Part shown: in pieces, positions 8,162 through 16,404 of the stretch | Layout: the number at the start of each line of letters is the position of its first letter | How positions within the stretch are numbered: position 1 is the stretch's first letter | NCBI GenBank assembly: GCA_003283745.1 | Contig: QBWA01000001.1 | Location: 3,605-67,604, forward strand | Reading direction: 5' to 3' | From: Prochlorococcus sp. AG-315-B03 | GTDB taxonomy: Bacteria; Cyanobacteriota; Cyanobacteriia; PCC-6307; Cyanobiaceae | DNA length: 64,000 nucleotides | Made by a program: the position numbers and the translations under genes | Notes under the pieces: model-generated | Databases searched by the model: none | What the model was told of the DNA's origin: nothing | The model's input: only the letters and a program-made list of their open reading frames with translations

Positions 8162-8690
8162 ATTTTGATAAAGATCTTTTCATCTCAGACTCTAATTTCT
8201 CTGCGGCACGAATTGAATCTGAACTAACCTCAACTGAAACCTTAACTAACTCTCCAGAGACATAACAATTATCAGTCATCGTAACTCCTCTAAGAATTGA
8301 GGATGTTTGAAAATTATATGATTTAAAAGTTCTTTTTAATTTCCTATTGATTTTATTTTTATCTAATCCATTCACTCTAATTTTAAGAGGTTCAGTCTTA
8401 TCTTTCTTAGAAGCATTAGTCATCATTTTAATGAATCTAGAAATATTAACGATCGCCGCATCTTCTGCTTCTTGTGTGGCATCTAAATAAGTTTCTTGAT
8501 CATCAAATTCAACGGCAACTTCTGTTGATGAGATGATTTTGAATTTACCATTTGATTCCATATAATTTATTCCATTTTTGTCAGGGTAATTCTCACATGA
8601 TGCTGCAAATGAACTTAAGGGAAAGAAAATAGAAAATATAACTAATAAAGGTAGATTTGTTTTATTAATTATATTTTTAGTTCTGATCAT
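8160..8690 (-). CDS. Secreted protein, LPP20-like, paralog of 10075-10692
   Basis: Signal peptide; ASCENYPDKNG...KIISSTEVAVEFDD...ILRGV...CYVSGELVKVSV. Confidence 0.7.
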   Translation of the reverse strand: MIRTKNIINKTNLPLLVIFSIFFPLSSFAASCENYPDKNGINYMESNGKFKIISSTEVAVEFDDQETYLDATQEAEDAAIVNISRFIKMMTNASKKDKTEPLKIRVNGLDKNKINRKLKRTFKSYNFQTSSILRGVTMTDNCYVSGELVKVSVEVSSDSIRAAEKLESEMKRSLSK

Positions 8691-10039
8691 ATTTGTATAT
8701 ATTGAAGAGTTACTTCTTGAATACTATTCATTAATTCATTGCTTGGTTCAATTATCAAAAGCATTCTGGACTGATCATAAATACCAGGATGTCTTCTATC
8801 ATTGGATACTAAATCATTATATAATCTCCCCCTAGGCATTTGTAAATACTCAGGAGATGTAGCAGTGACATCATCTTTCAAATATGTAGTTACAGTCTTA
8901 ATACCAGCAGAGAAACCTTCTCTTCCTTCCCTAATATCTAACCCATAACATGAAGAGAAATCTTTTTGCCAAATTGATTCTTTCTTACTATTAATAAACT
9001 GCAATCTAAGTTTAGGGTAATGTTTATCACATTCATACCTTCTATAGGCAAAGATGGGAACAGATTTTTTACTTCCTGCTCTTATTCTTGCTGTGTTATA
9101 TTCCCTTGTATTAGGTATTATGTATCTAATATAACTCTTCGATTTAGTATTAATTATATTCATTACATGGTCTCTAGTTGAATTATATATAGAAGAATCA
9201 ATTCTATAGTCATATTTCCCTGATTTACTCTGTCTGTGCTCACTAATATTATCAAGAATTTTAATTGTATTTTCTAGGTAATCTTTTTTTATATCAAAAG
9301 TAATTGGTATTACTAAGGATCCTTTTACTGAGAAGTTTCTTATTTTGGCATTGGAGGTGGAGTTACTATCGTCGTGATTACATCCTCTAATTTGAGTATT
9401 TACCTTATCAAATTTACAACCAAAAGCAGATAATTCTTCTAGTCTTTGAGGCGTACCAATATTAATATCAATAACTTCTGCATTAATTAATGGATTAATT
9501 ATTTTTCCTAGCAAGTCAAGTTTATTTTCAATATTATCTTCATCAGTTTTGATACTGGAAAATAAACCCTGATTAATTTTCTTAGATTCAAATGCCAACT
9601 CTTTTATGTATGCCCTGAAATCTTCTACTCTTACATCAACTCTTGCAGTGACATTATAAATTGCACCATTTTGTTGGACATTAAGGACTTCAAAGTATTT
9701 AATTGATCCTTGTGAATAATCTCTTATATCTTTTTTAATAACCTTTGTTTTACTAATCACTCCATCTCTAATTTCTTTTTGTTTTTTAATTTGAGTCTCT
9801 GCGTCAATAAAAGAACCAACAACTTGAGTTAATGCATTCTCAGCAGCATTTTGAGCAGCAGCATCGACAGAGGTTCCATATCCACTTGCCGTCACCGTTT
9901 GAATGATCTTTTCGTCAGATACTGCTGCATTACTAATAAGGGTTGTATTTTTATTCTCTACTGCTTCTAGAGATGAAAACACCTGACCTGCATAGGAAGG
10001 AGGAAGGAGCAGGAATAAAAATAGTGCTATTAAACGCAT
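8687..10039 (-). CDS. Secreted protein with N-terminal LPP20/FlgT-N-like domain
   Basis: Signal peptide; TVTASGYGTSVDAAAQNAAENALTQVVGSFIDAET...SQGSIKYFEVL...YNVTARVDV. Confidence 0.7.
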   Translation of the reverse strand: MRLIALFLFLLLPPSYAGQVFSSLEAVENKNTTLISNAAVSDEKIIQTVTASGYGTSVDAAAQNAAENALTQVVGSFIDAETQIKKQKEIRDGVISKTKVIKKDIRDYSQGSIKYFEVLNVQQNGAIYNVTARVDVRVEDFRAYIKELAFESKKINQGLFSSIKTDEDNIENKLDLLGKIINPLINAEVIDINIGTPQRLEELSAFGCKFDKVNTQIRGCNHDDSNSTSNAKIRNFSVKGSLVIPITFDIKKDYLENTIKILDNISEHRQSKSGKYDYRIDSSIYNSTRDHVMNIINTKSKSYIRYIIPNTREYNTARIRAGSKKSVPIFAYRRYECDKHYPKLRLQFINSKKESIWQKDFSSCYGLDIREGREGFSAGIKTVTTYLKDDVTATSPEYLQMPRGRLYNDLVSNDRRHPGIYDQSRMLLIIEPSNELMNSIQEVTLQYIQI

Positions 10040-10074
10040 TTGATTGATTTATAAATTAAGAAGTTAATCTCTCT

Positions 10075-10692
10075 TTAAAAATCACTATTGTAATCTGAGT
10101 ATCCATCCATTGAATTAAATCCAGATGAATTGGATCCTGAGTTATTAGAGGAAAAACCAGACCCAGAATTATTTCTACTGTTTTTCATATTTTGATTTAG
10201 TCGACTTGCACTTACTATCGTTTCAGGTTTGATTCCAATCGTTAATTTTACAAATTTACCTGGGGTATAGCATCTTCCAACATCGACAACTCCATTTAGA
10301 ATTGCTGCTGTACTTTCAACAGTGCTACATAAAGTAGTTTTAATTTTTTCGATATTAACGTTTTTAGATTCGTTCCCAGAAGGATCCTTGCTCATTAAAG
10401 TTTTTGATAATTTGTTGGTTTTTCTTTCGCAATCTTTGGCAATTTTAGATTCCATAAAATCTGAAATTTGTGCTTTTGCTTCTGCTCTCGCTTCGGCATA
10501 TGCATCCATCACTTCGTCTGCATCATCAAAAGGAACAGAGACTTGATAAGTAGAAATTATCTTTGGACCCTTTTCCTGAGGAATAATAGTTGCTCCATTC
10601 TTGCTTGGATAGTCTTTACATGAAGAAGCAAATGCATTTAAAGGCAATAGAAAAGAAACAAATAAGGATGTTGAAGCAGCAAATATTTTCAA
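10075..10692 (-). CDS. Secreted protein, LPP20-like, with Ser/Asn/Gly-rich tail
   Basis: Signal peptide; SSCKDYPSKNG...KIISTYQVSVPFDD...ILNGV...CYTPGKFVKLTI. Confidence 0.7.
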   Translation of the reverse strand: MKIFAASTSLFVSFLLPLNAFASSCKDYPSKNGATIIPQEKGPKIISTYQVSVPFDDADEVMDAYAEARAEAKAQISDFMESKIAKDCERKTNKLSKTLMSKDPSGNESKNVNIEKIKTTLCSTVESTAAILNGVVDVGRCYTPGKFVKLTIGIKPETIVSASRLNQNMKNSRNNSGSGFSSNNSGSNSSGFNSMDGYSDYNSDF

Positions 10693-10840
10693 TTGATAAA
10701 GTTAGAAACTGATTGATTTTATACCATTACTTTTCCGTGGGTTTTTTTTTTATTTGCTCGCTTATTTTTGTATCATTTCCTCGCCTCTTTTAGAGAATTT
10801 AAAGAAGTTCTTTTAATTCAGTTAACTAAACAAGTAATAA

Positions 10841-10905
10841 TTGGAAGTTCATAGTTCCATTCTCGCTATTTTTATTTTGAGATCTTTTTGTGAATCAGCA
10901 AGAAC
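10841..10905. repeat. 65-bp degenerate direct repeat, copy B; relic gene start MNFQLLLV*
   Basis: Ungapped 52/65 identity to 7965-8029. Confidence 0.8.
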
Positions 10906-10956
10906 GAAGAGGAGAGTTATTCTTAACGTTTCAATTACCATATGATTAACGAACAC

Positions 10957-11037
10957 CATATAGAACATATTAAAATATACAAATAACTGGGTTTTATTGT
11001 TTCATTAACTTGTTCTATATGCTATTGTTTCAATAAC
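10957..11037. promoter_or_regulatory. Putative res-like recombinase binding region
   Basis: Perfect 11-bp inverted repeat CATATAGAACA (10957-10967) / TGTTCTATATG (11011-11021); direct repeat TATTGTTTCA(T/A)TAAC at 10995 and 11023; directly upstream of the resolvase. Confidence 0.5.
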
Positions 11038-11055
11038 AAGGTTTTCTAGAACACT

Positions 11056-11700
11056 TTGGGCAAATTCAAAGGATTCCAAAGGGAATCTCCGTTATTCATG
11101 GACAGACCAAAATACAAAAAGATTGGATATGCGAGGAGCAGTTCTGCAACATCCAAGTTTGGATTGGAATCACAAGTCGCTCAACTTAGAGAAGATGGAT
11201 GCGATCAAATATTTTCTGAAGTTATTTCTACGCAAGTTAAGGATTCTGATCGTCCACAACTTCAAGCAGCATTAGCAGCAATGGAAGAAGATTCAGAATT
11301 AGTTCTATGCAAATTGGACAGAGGTTTCAGGACTCAAAAAGAAACCATCAACGTCTTGCATGATTTACAAGAACAGAAGAAGCACTTACGCACACTCGAT
11401 GGACTCATATCGACTCGTGGACTTGGACAGTTTGCACCAATCCTTCTGGGTCTTTTAAGTGGATTAAATCAAGTTGAGCGTTCCATGATTGCCGAACGCA
11501 AGCAAGAAAGTTTGGACTACAGAAGATCTATTGGTGCTTCTCTAGGTGGCAGACCAAAGACGAATAAAGCAAAAGAAGGTTTAGTAGTTCGTTTAAGAGA
11601 TGAAGGTTGTTCTTATAGAAATATCAGAGATCAAACTGGACTTGCACTTGCAACCATTAGACGAATTATTGTTGAGCAAGAAGAAGCGGTGGCGGTATGA
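11056..11700 (+). CDS. Small serine recombinase (resolvase/invertase); start may be ATG at 11098
   Basis: IGYARSS catalytic motif, DRPQL, KLDRGFR, LGGRP, C-terminal HTH (GCSYRNIRDQTGLALATIRRII). Confidence 0.92.
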   Translation: MGKFKGFQRESPLFMDRPKYKKIGYARSSSATSKFGLESQVAQLREDGCDQIFSEVISTQVKDSDRPQLQAALAAMEEDSELVLCKLDRGFRTQKETINVLHDLQEQKKHLRTLDGLISTRGLGQFAPILLGLLSGLNQVERSMIAERKQESLDYRRSIGASLGGRPKTNKAKEGLVVRLRDEGCSYRNIRDQTGLALATIRRIIVEQEEAVAV

Positions 11701-11894
11701 CTAGAAAAAATATAGGGGGATTATCTGACTACATTGTTTTGAAGGAAGAGAAGGAAGTTGTCTTTTATTTGCATAATCCCTATCCAGATTGCTTAGAAAT
11801 TCCAGCAATAATGAAGGCAAGATTTCCTGAGGATTTCAAGAGCATAGTTACAAGTTCCTTAGAGGAGTTCAAAAAGTATGGAGGGAAAGCATGA
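11697..11894 (+). CDS. Hypothetical protein
   Basis: ATGA overlaps with the resolvase and with the next gene. Confidence 0.65.
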   Translation: MTRKNIGGLSDYIVLKEEKEVVFYLHNPYPDCLEIPAIMKARFPEDFKSIVTSSLEEFKKYGGKA

Positions 11895-12121
11895 AAGAAG
11901 AAATCAACTGGAGGGAAGAAATGAAGGCATATACCAGCAGTAAATATGAGTTGGGGTTGCTTGAGAACGGACCCCGTAGTTTGTCCCAATCTTGGATAAT
12001 GGGTGCATTACATCAGAAATGGAAAAAGATAAAAGGTATTCCTCCAGATCCAGCACCACCTGATTGCAGTTCAAGTTTTCAGGAGTGGAATAAGAATGTG
12101 GAGGATGCTCAAAAACCATGA
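11891..12121 (+). CDS. Hypothetical phage-like small protein
   Basis: GGAGGG RBS, translational coupling, Trp-rich 76 aa. Confidence 0.65.
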   Translation: MKEEINWREEMKAYTSSKYELGLLENGPRSLSQSWIMGALHQKWKKIKGIPPDPAPPDCSSSFQEWNKNVEDAQKP

Positions 12122-12149
12122 CACTTCGTATTAGTTCTTCTCCATGTTG

Positions 12150-12392
12150 CTAATCCTGTTTACTAGGTTCTACCCACCCAACCTTTTGCCAAGCATCACC
12201 ATATAAATGGTTGAGTCGTACAGACTCCATTTGCTCTGTCCAGTAAGTCATATCCCAACCGTTCTGCATGCAATACAAAATCCGATCCAAATAATGGTCC
12301 CTTCTCACTTCACTTTTGATTAGTTGCAATCTTTCATTCCACCATTGCCATTCTGGTGATTTCATAATTGCTGTTTTTGATTTTTTAGTCAT
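12150..12392 (-). CDS. Hypothetical protein
   Basis: TAATG coupling to the upstream ORF, GAGGAGGA RBS. Confidence 0.6.
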   Translation of the reverse strand: MTKKSKTAIMKSPEWQWWNERLQLIKSEVRRDHYLDRILYCMQNGWDMTYWTEQMESVRLNHLYGDAWQKVGWVEPSKQD

Positions 12393-12643
12393 TAGTTATC
12401 CTCCTCTAATTTTTTTATTGCTCTTTCAACCCTTCCACCCTTTTCAAAATCTTCTTTAACGGGATGAAAATCCATATAGATTTGAATAGCACTTTCAGTC
12501 ATTAAAGATAAATACTCTCTAATTTCTTTTACTGATACGTAATCCTTGTTACTCCAATTACTCTTTGTTTCGTACCAGAGGATGCCCTCATAAAGTTCAA
12601 CACCAGTGATTTGTCTGGGGCAAGTTTCCTGCTTTTTTCTCAT
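12392..12643 (-). CDS. Hypothetical protein
   Basis: 83-aa ORF with GAGGA RBS, coupled to 12150-12392. Confidence 0.6.
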   Translation of the reverse strand: MRKKQETCPRQITGVELYEGILWYETKSNWSNKDYVSVKEIREYLSLMTESAIQIYMDFHPVKEDFEKGGRVERAIKKLEEDN

Positions 12644-13059
12644 TAGTTTTCCTCAGTAGTTGTGTTTGATTGGATAGTGATAAGCAGTTCTTTTGCTTCA
12701 GTATTAGGTGGAAATAAATTCACAAGTTAAAAGACTTATTTCTTATCCTGATGCCAGTTTGGGATTGTTTTATTCATCCCGTTTGCATAGACTTATTATA
12801 GCACAAGTATACGCTAACTGTGCATTCTGCTTCACGCTTCTTAATAGTGATACCAATGGATCTTGACTTTTTGTCTTTGCTATTAATAATACAAATTAAT
12901 CAAATTAGGTTTATATTAGCAATAGATAGTGGGAAGACAGTAAATGTTGTTCTGTTATGCAAAAAAGGCAGATACTATAAACCTACAGATGCGGCAAATC
13001 GAGCATTAAATATCACTCTCTAAAAATATTCCTCCAGAAAAAATTCCCAGGCATAAGAT

Positions 13060-13392
13060 TCAACTATTTTGCTTTTCAAATTTGTACCTTTCAGCAAGAT
13101 ATGGTTTGAACATCCAAAAGAAATTCTCAAAGCAAACATTGGTCCTGCATTCAGATGATCCTCTGCGGGTGCAATGGAAATCATAGAGATACTCACAGTT
13201 CTTCTTTGGCAGAAAGGCAGCAGTCCTCTTTTTCTGATTGCTTGGTTTATTTGATGTACCCCAGCAGAAAGGACAGGCAAAGGTGTACTTCTTAGTTCTC
13301 CTCACATATTCTTGTTTTATTTCACTTGTAGGTGGAATAGAACTTTGTATGTGTGGCAAAACAAGATCAATATACTTTTGGTCTAAACTCAT
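13060..13392 (-). CDS. Stand-alone primase-type zinc-binding domain protein
   Basis: YTFACPFC...YDFHCTRRGSSEC resembles the N-terminal Zn domain of phage primases; GGAGAG RBS. Confidence 0.55.
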   Translation of the reverse strand: MSLDQKYIDLVLPHIQSSIPPTSEIKQEYVRRTKKYTFACPFCWGTSNKPSNQKKRTAAFLPKKNCEYLYDFHCTRRGSSECRTNVCFENFFWMFKPYLAERYKFEKQNS

Positions 13393-13804
13393 AAACTCTC
13401 CTAATTCTAAGATTGAAAATATTCACAACTCCCTAAATCTTTTAGTGAGTATGTTAATTATATGTCAACTATTTATATTAGTCAAATGTTAAGAATGCTT
13501 CATAATTGTAGTTAGTAAAATATCCAAATAGCATACATAGTGATGTAGACTCCTGCATAATATTACTATTAGATAACTATAGAATACTTAGAAGAGATTA
13601 GGGGCAAATAGTTAATAAAACAGAGATAGTTCACGTAAGTGAACCAATTCCGAAGGAATTGCTATTGAGTAATATCAAATAAAAGATAGGTGCACGTTGT
13701 ACCTTAGAGAGTAAGAACAAAAGATTTATAAATATTCCTAATAGAGATTAATCATTACTCTATTCAATAACTCAAAAACCTATATACCTTTTATATATAA
13801 AACT

Positions 13805-13999
13805 ATGTCTATTTGTAAACCAATTACAAGAAGAAGATGTATCAACTACAAGAAGAGAGTTGCACCTGTGATTACAAGAATGGAAGAGAAGTTGTGTGAT
13901 GAGATGGGACTAAGCATCTCTGAATTGCATATTGAAGGTATTAAAAGGATGTGGAACACACGTCAGACCTTTGAGCAATTGCAATTGGAGATGGTTTAG
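13805..13999 (+). CDS. Small protein, possible ribbon-helix-helix DNA binder
   Basis: EKLCDEMGLSISELHIEGIKRMW resembles the helix-G-x-S-x-S-helix pattern. Confidence 0.5.
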   Translation: MSICKPITRRRCINYKKRVAPVITRMEEKLCDEMGLSISELHIEGIKRMWNTRQTFEQLQLEMV

Positions 14000-14007
14000 G
14001 AATGCCC

Positions 14008-14136
14008 ATGAAAACAATAAAAGTTAACCCAGTGAGATATCAAATTCTCACTGAACTAACTAAGTCCAGCAAGTTCTCAACCATTGAAAATTATCTGGGA
14101 GATCTAATTGATTCCACCTATGCCAAGAAGAAGTAA
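14008..14136 (+). CDS. 42-aa small protein absent from the ORF track, possible ribbon-helix-helix
   Basis: MKTIKVNPVRYQILTELTKSSKFSTIENYLGDLIDSTYAKKK; AGGA RBS; TAATG coupling to the next gene. Confidence 0.55.
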   Translation: MKTIKVNPVRYQILTELTKSSKFSTIENYLGDLIDSTYAKKK

Positions 14137-14339
14137 TGGCATTAAATCCATATGAAATGAGATGGGAGATCTTGCAAAGGGCAATGGATATACAAACAGA
14201 GAGGTACAAGGACTCTGTTCAGAGATGGCATGATCGCCTTTTGCATGATCAAGATCCACAAAAATATCCTGATTACCCATCGAATGATGAAATGTATGCC
14301 TTAGCAGAAGAGATGAAAACTTTTGTCAGCACCGAATAA
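14136..14339 (+). CDS. Hypothetical phage-like small protein
   Basis: NPYEMRWEILQRA...YPSNDEMYALAEEMKTFV; coupled start. Confidence 0.65.
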   Translation: MALNPYEMRWEILQRAMDIQTERYKDSVQRWHDRLLHDQDPQKYPDYPSNDEMYALAEEMKTFVSTE

Positions 14340-14431
14340 AACGAGGACTAATCAAATGGACATTGGACAACAACAGGCAGATGCCAAACAAACAACAAGT
14401 CTGATTGGACAGACCTTCTATTTCATCGTTG

Positions 14432-14457
14432 AATCCTTCTAACTCAGGAGGATTTTT
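14432..14457 (+). terminator. Intrinsic terminator between convergent genes
   Basis: AATCCTTCT-AACTC-AGGAGGATT followed by a T-run. Confidence 0.5.
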
Positions 14458-14462
14458 GATGT

Positions 14463-14798
14463 TTAATTGCTTTTGCAGAACCCATTCCCCTTGTACTGAG
14501 TCCCAGAAGGGCAAGATGTTCCGCTAGATCCACCACCACGGAAGAATTGCTTGTAATCGTTTGATTTGCAGAACCCATTTCCTTTGTATTGACTGCCAGA
14601 GGGACAAGCAGTTCCACTGTTTCCACCACCACGGAAGAACTGTTTCCCGTCAGATGAACTGCAAAATCCATTTCCTTTGTATTGACTTCCTGATGGACAG
14701 GCAGAACCACTTGAACCACCTCCTCTAAAAACTTGAGCAGAAGCAGAAGTTCCCAAACAACTTGCGATCACGATTAAGGGAAGAAAATATTTTTTCAC
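14463..14798 (-). CDS. Secreted Gly/Cys-rich peptide with three 31-aa tandem repeats
   Basis: Signal peptide ending SASA; FRGGGxSGxxCPSGxQYKGNGFC x3 (93-bp unit). Confidence 0.85.
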   Translation of the reverse strand: MKKYFLPLIVIASCLGTSASAQVFRGGGSSGSACPSGSQYKGNGFCSSSDGKQFFRGGGNSGTACPSGSQYKGNGFCKSNDYKQFFRGGGSSGTSCPSGTQYKGNGFCKSN

Positions 14799-14851
14799 TG
14801 GATAAATTGCCTCAGACTTTGATCCAATCTAGTCCTGAGGGAAGGTTATAA

Positions 14852-14899
14852 ATTTCGGGAACTTTTGAAAATGATTTCGGGAACTTTTCGGGAACTTTT
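14852..14899. repeat. TTCGGGAACTTTT x3, putative integrase arm-type binding sites
   Basis: Copies within 14852-14866, 14874-14888 and 14887-14899, about 150 bp from the tRNA-Thr 3' end. Confidence 0.75.
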
Positions 14900-14980
14900 G
14901 GTTTTTATTTTTTAGAGTATGCTGATGGTTCCTGATTGATACTTTTCACTGAATTGCAGTGATACCAACCCATTGGTATT

Positions 14981-15006
14981 AAAAAAGAGACCATTTGAGG
15001 TCTCTT
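14981..15006 (-). terminator. Intrinsic terminator of the tRNA operon
   Basis: Minus strand AAGAGACC-TCAAAT-GGTCTCTT plus T-run. Confidence 0.7.
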
Positions 15007-15042
15007 GATTACGGTTGAATCTCTTTGATGTCCCTCCGACGA

Positions 15043-15114
<72 letters not shown>

Positions 15115-15125
15115 TTGTGGAAAGA

Positions 15126-15207
15126 TGGGCCGGGTTGGATTTGAACCAACGTAGGCAGAGCCAGCGGATTTACAGTCCGCCCCCATTAACCACTCGGGCA
15201 CCGACCC
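15126..15207 (-). tRNA. trnY: tRNA-Tyr(GTA)
   Basis: GGGTCGGTGCCCGAGTGGTTAA...GACTGTAAATC...long variable arm...GTTCAAATCCAACCCGGCCCA. Confidence 0.97.
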
Positions 15208-15315
15208 GATCCACGAAAAGACATTACCAGTCAACGGTGCCATTTTTCTTGAATTTGTTGGTCCTTTGAGCTTTGAATCGATACGATCTTTAAAGACCTT
15301 CAATTTGCAAATCAT

Positions 15316-15768
15316 ATGGATCTTTTATTGATTAATGGTCCTAATTTGAACCTTGTGGGCCAAAGGGAACCTGCTTTGTATGGATCTCAGAGTTTAACTG
15401 ATATCGAAAAAGAATTATTGGAGACGGCAAATGAACTTGAGGTGAAACTCAAATTCTTTCAAAGTAATTCGGAAGGTGAAATTATTGATTGCATTCATAA
15501 TTGTATTAATTCAATTGATGGAATATTAATAAACGCTGGAGCTTATACTCATACTTCAATTGCACTTAGAGATGCTTTATTAGGAGTTGAAATTCCCTAT
15601 GTTGAATTACATCTCAGCAATATTTATTCAAGAGAAGAATTTCGCCATAAATCATTTTTGGCTGATAGAGCGGTTGGTGTTATTTGTGGATTTGGATCAA
15701 TTAGTTATCAACTAGCTTTGAAAGGAATGGTGGCCCACATCAATGGATCTATAAAAAATCAAGGATAA
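15316..15768 (+). CDS. aroQ: Type II 3-dehydroquinate dehydratase
   Basis: [35 protein letters not shown]. Confidence 0.96.
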   Translation: MDLLLINGPNLNLVGQREPALYGSQSLTDIEKELLETANELEVKLKFFQSNSEGEIIDCIHNCINSIDGILINAGAYTHTSIALRDALLGVEIPYVELHLSNIYSREEFRHKSFLADRAVGVICGFGSISYQLALKGMVAHINGSIKNQG

Positions 15769-15772
15769 TCTG

Positions 15773-16375
15773 ATGTCAAATATTAAAAACCACCAAAAAA
15801 TTCGTTGGCTAATTAGTAAAACTAGTGATGCTTGGATACAGCAAGCAATATCTCATCCAATGGAAATACTTTTGGATCATGCTCATTGCGAGAGAAAAGC
15901 TGCTGGAGTAGCTCTTCAATTAATGTTTCGTTACGTAAGTGAACCTGGTTTGTCTGAGGTCTTGAGCCCGCTTGCGAGGGAAGAATTGGAACATTTTGAA
16001 AGGGTATTGTCCATTTTGAAAACACGAGGAGAAAAACTTAAACAATTACCTTCCCCACCTTATGGAGCTATTTTGTCAAAGAATGTTCGAAAAAAAGAAC
16101 CAGAAAGAATGCTTGATAGTTTTCTTGTTGCTGGTTTGATTGAAGCAAGGAGTCATGAAAGAATGTCATTGCTAGCTTTGTATTCTTCTGATATTGAGAT
16201 TCGTAGTTTGTATGAGGATTTATTGAAAAGTGAGGCAAGACATTTTAGTATTTATTGGAATTTGGCTGATGAACGATTTGATACGAATAATGTTGTGTCT
16301 AGATTAGAAGAATTGGCCATAATTGAATCTGATGCTCTTGTTGAGCTTCACAATGAGCCAAGAATGCATAGCTAA
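15773..16375 (+). CDS. miaE: tRNA-(ms2io6A) hydroxylase
   Basis: DHAHCERKAA, EELEHF, IEARSHER, SEARH di-iron motifs. Confidence 0.93.
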   Translation: MSNIKNHQKIRWLISKTSDAWIQQAISHPMEILLDHAHCERKAAGVALQLMFRYVSEPGLSEVLSPLAREELEHFERVLSILKTRGEKLKQLPSPPYGAILSKNVRKKEPERMLDSFLVAGLIEARSHERMSLLALYSSDIEIRSLYEDLLKSEARHFSIYWNLADERFDTNNVVSRLEELAIIESDALVELHNEPRMHS

Positions 16376-16404
16376 TTAAGTATTAATTTTAAGTTGAATA
16401 GACT

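Larger units (their letters stand above)
1..15042. mobile_element. Genomic island or integrative element region (right end) at the 3' end of tRNA-Thr(GGT); left end lies outside the window
   Basis: Non-core cargo, serine recombinase, replication-gene fragments and phage-like small ORFs end at the tRNA 3' end, with triplicated TTCGGGAACTTTT repeats about 150 bp inside; core synteny resumes at aroQ. Confidence 0.8.

Noticed and set aside
13688-13704. Palindrome as a LexA box
   Set aside because: The spacer is one base too long for RGTAC-N3-DGTWC and one half-site mismatches; kept only as an unassigned palindrome
14463-14730. 93-bp tandem repeats as a CRISPR array
   Set aside because: They are in-frame coding repeats with no unique spacers
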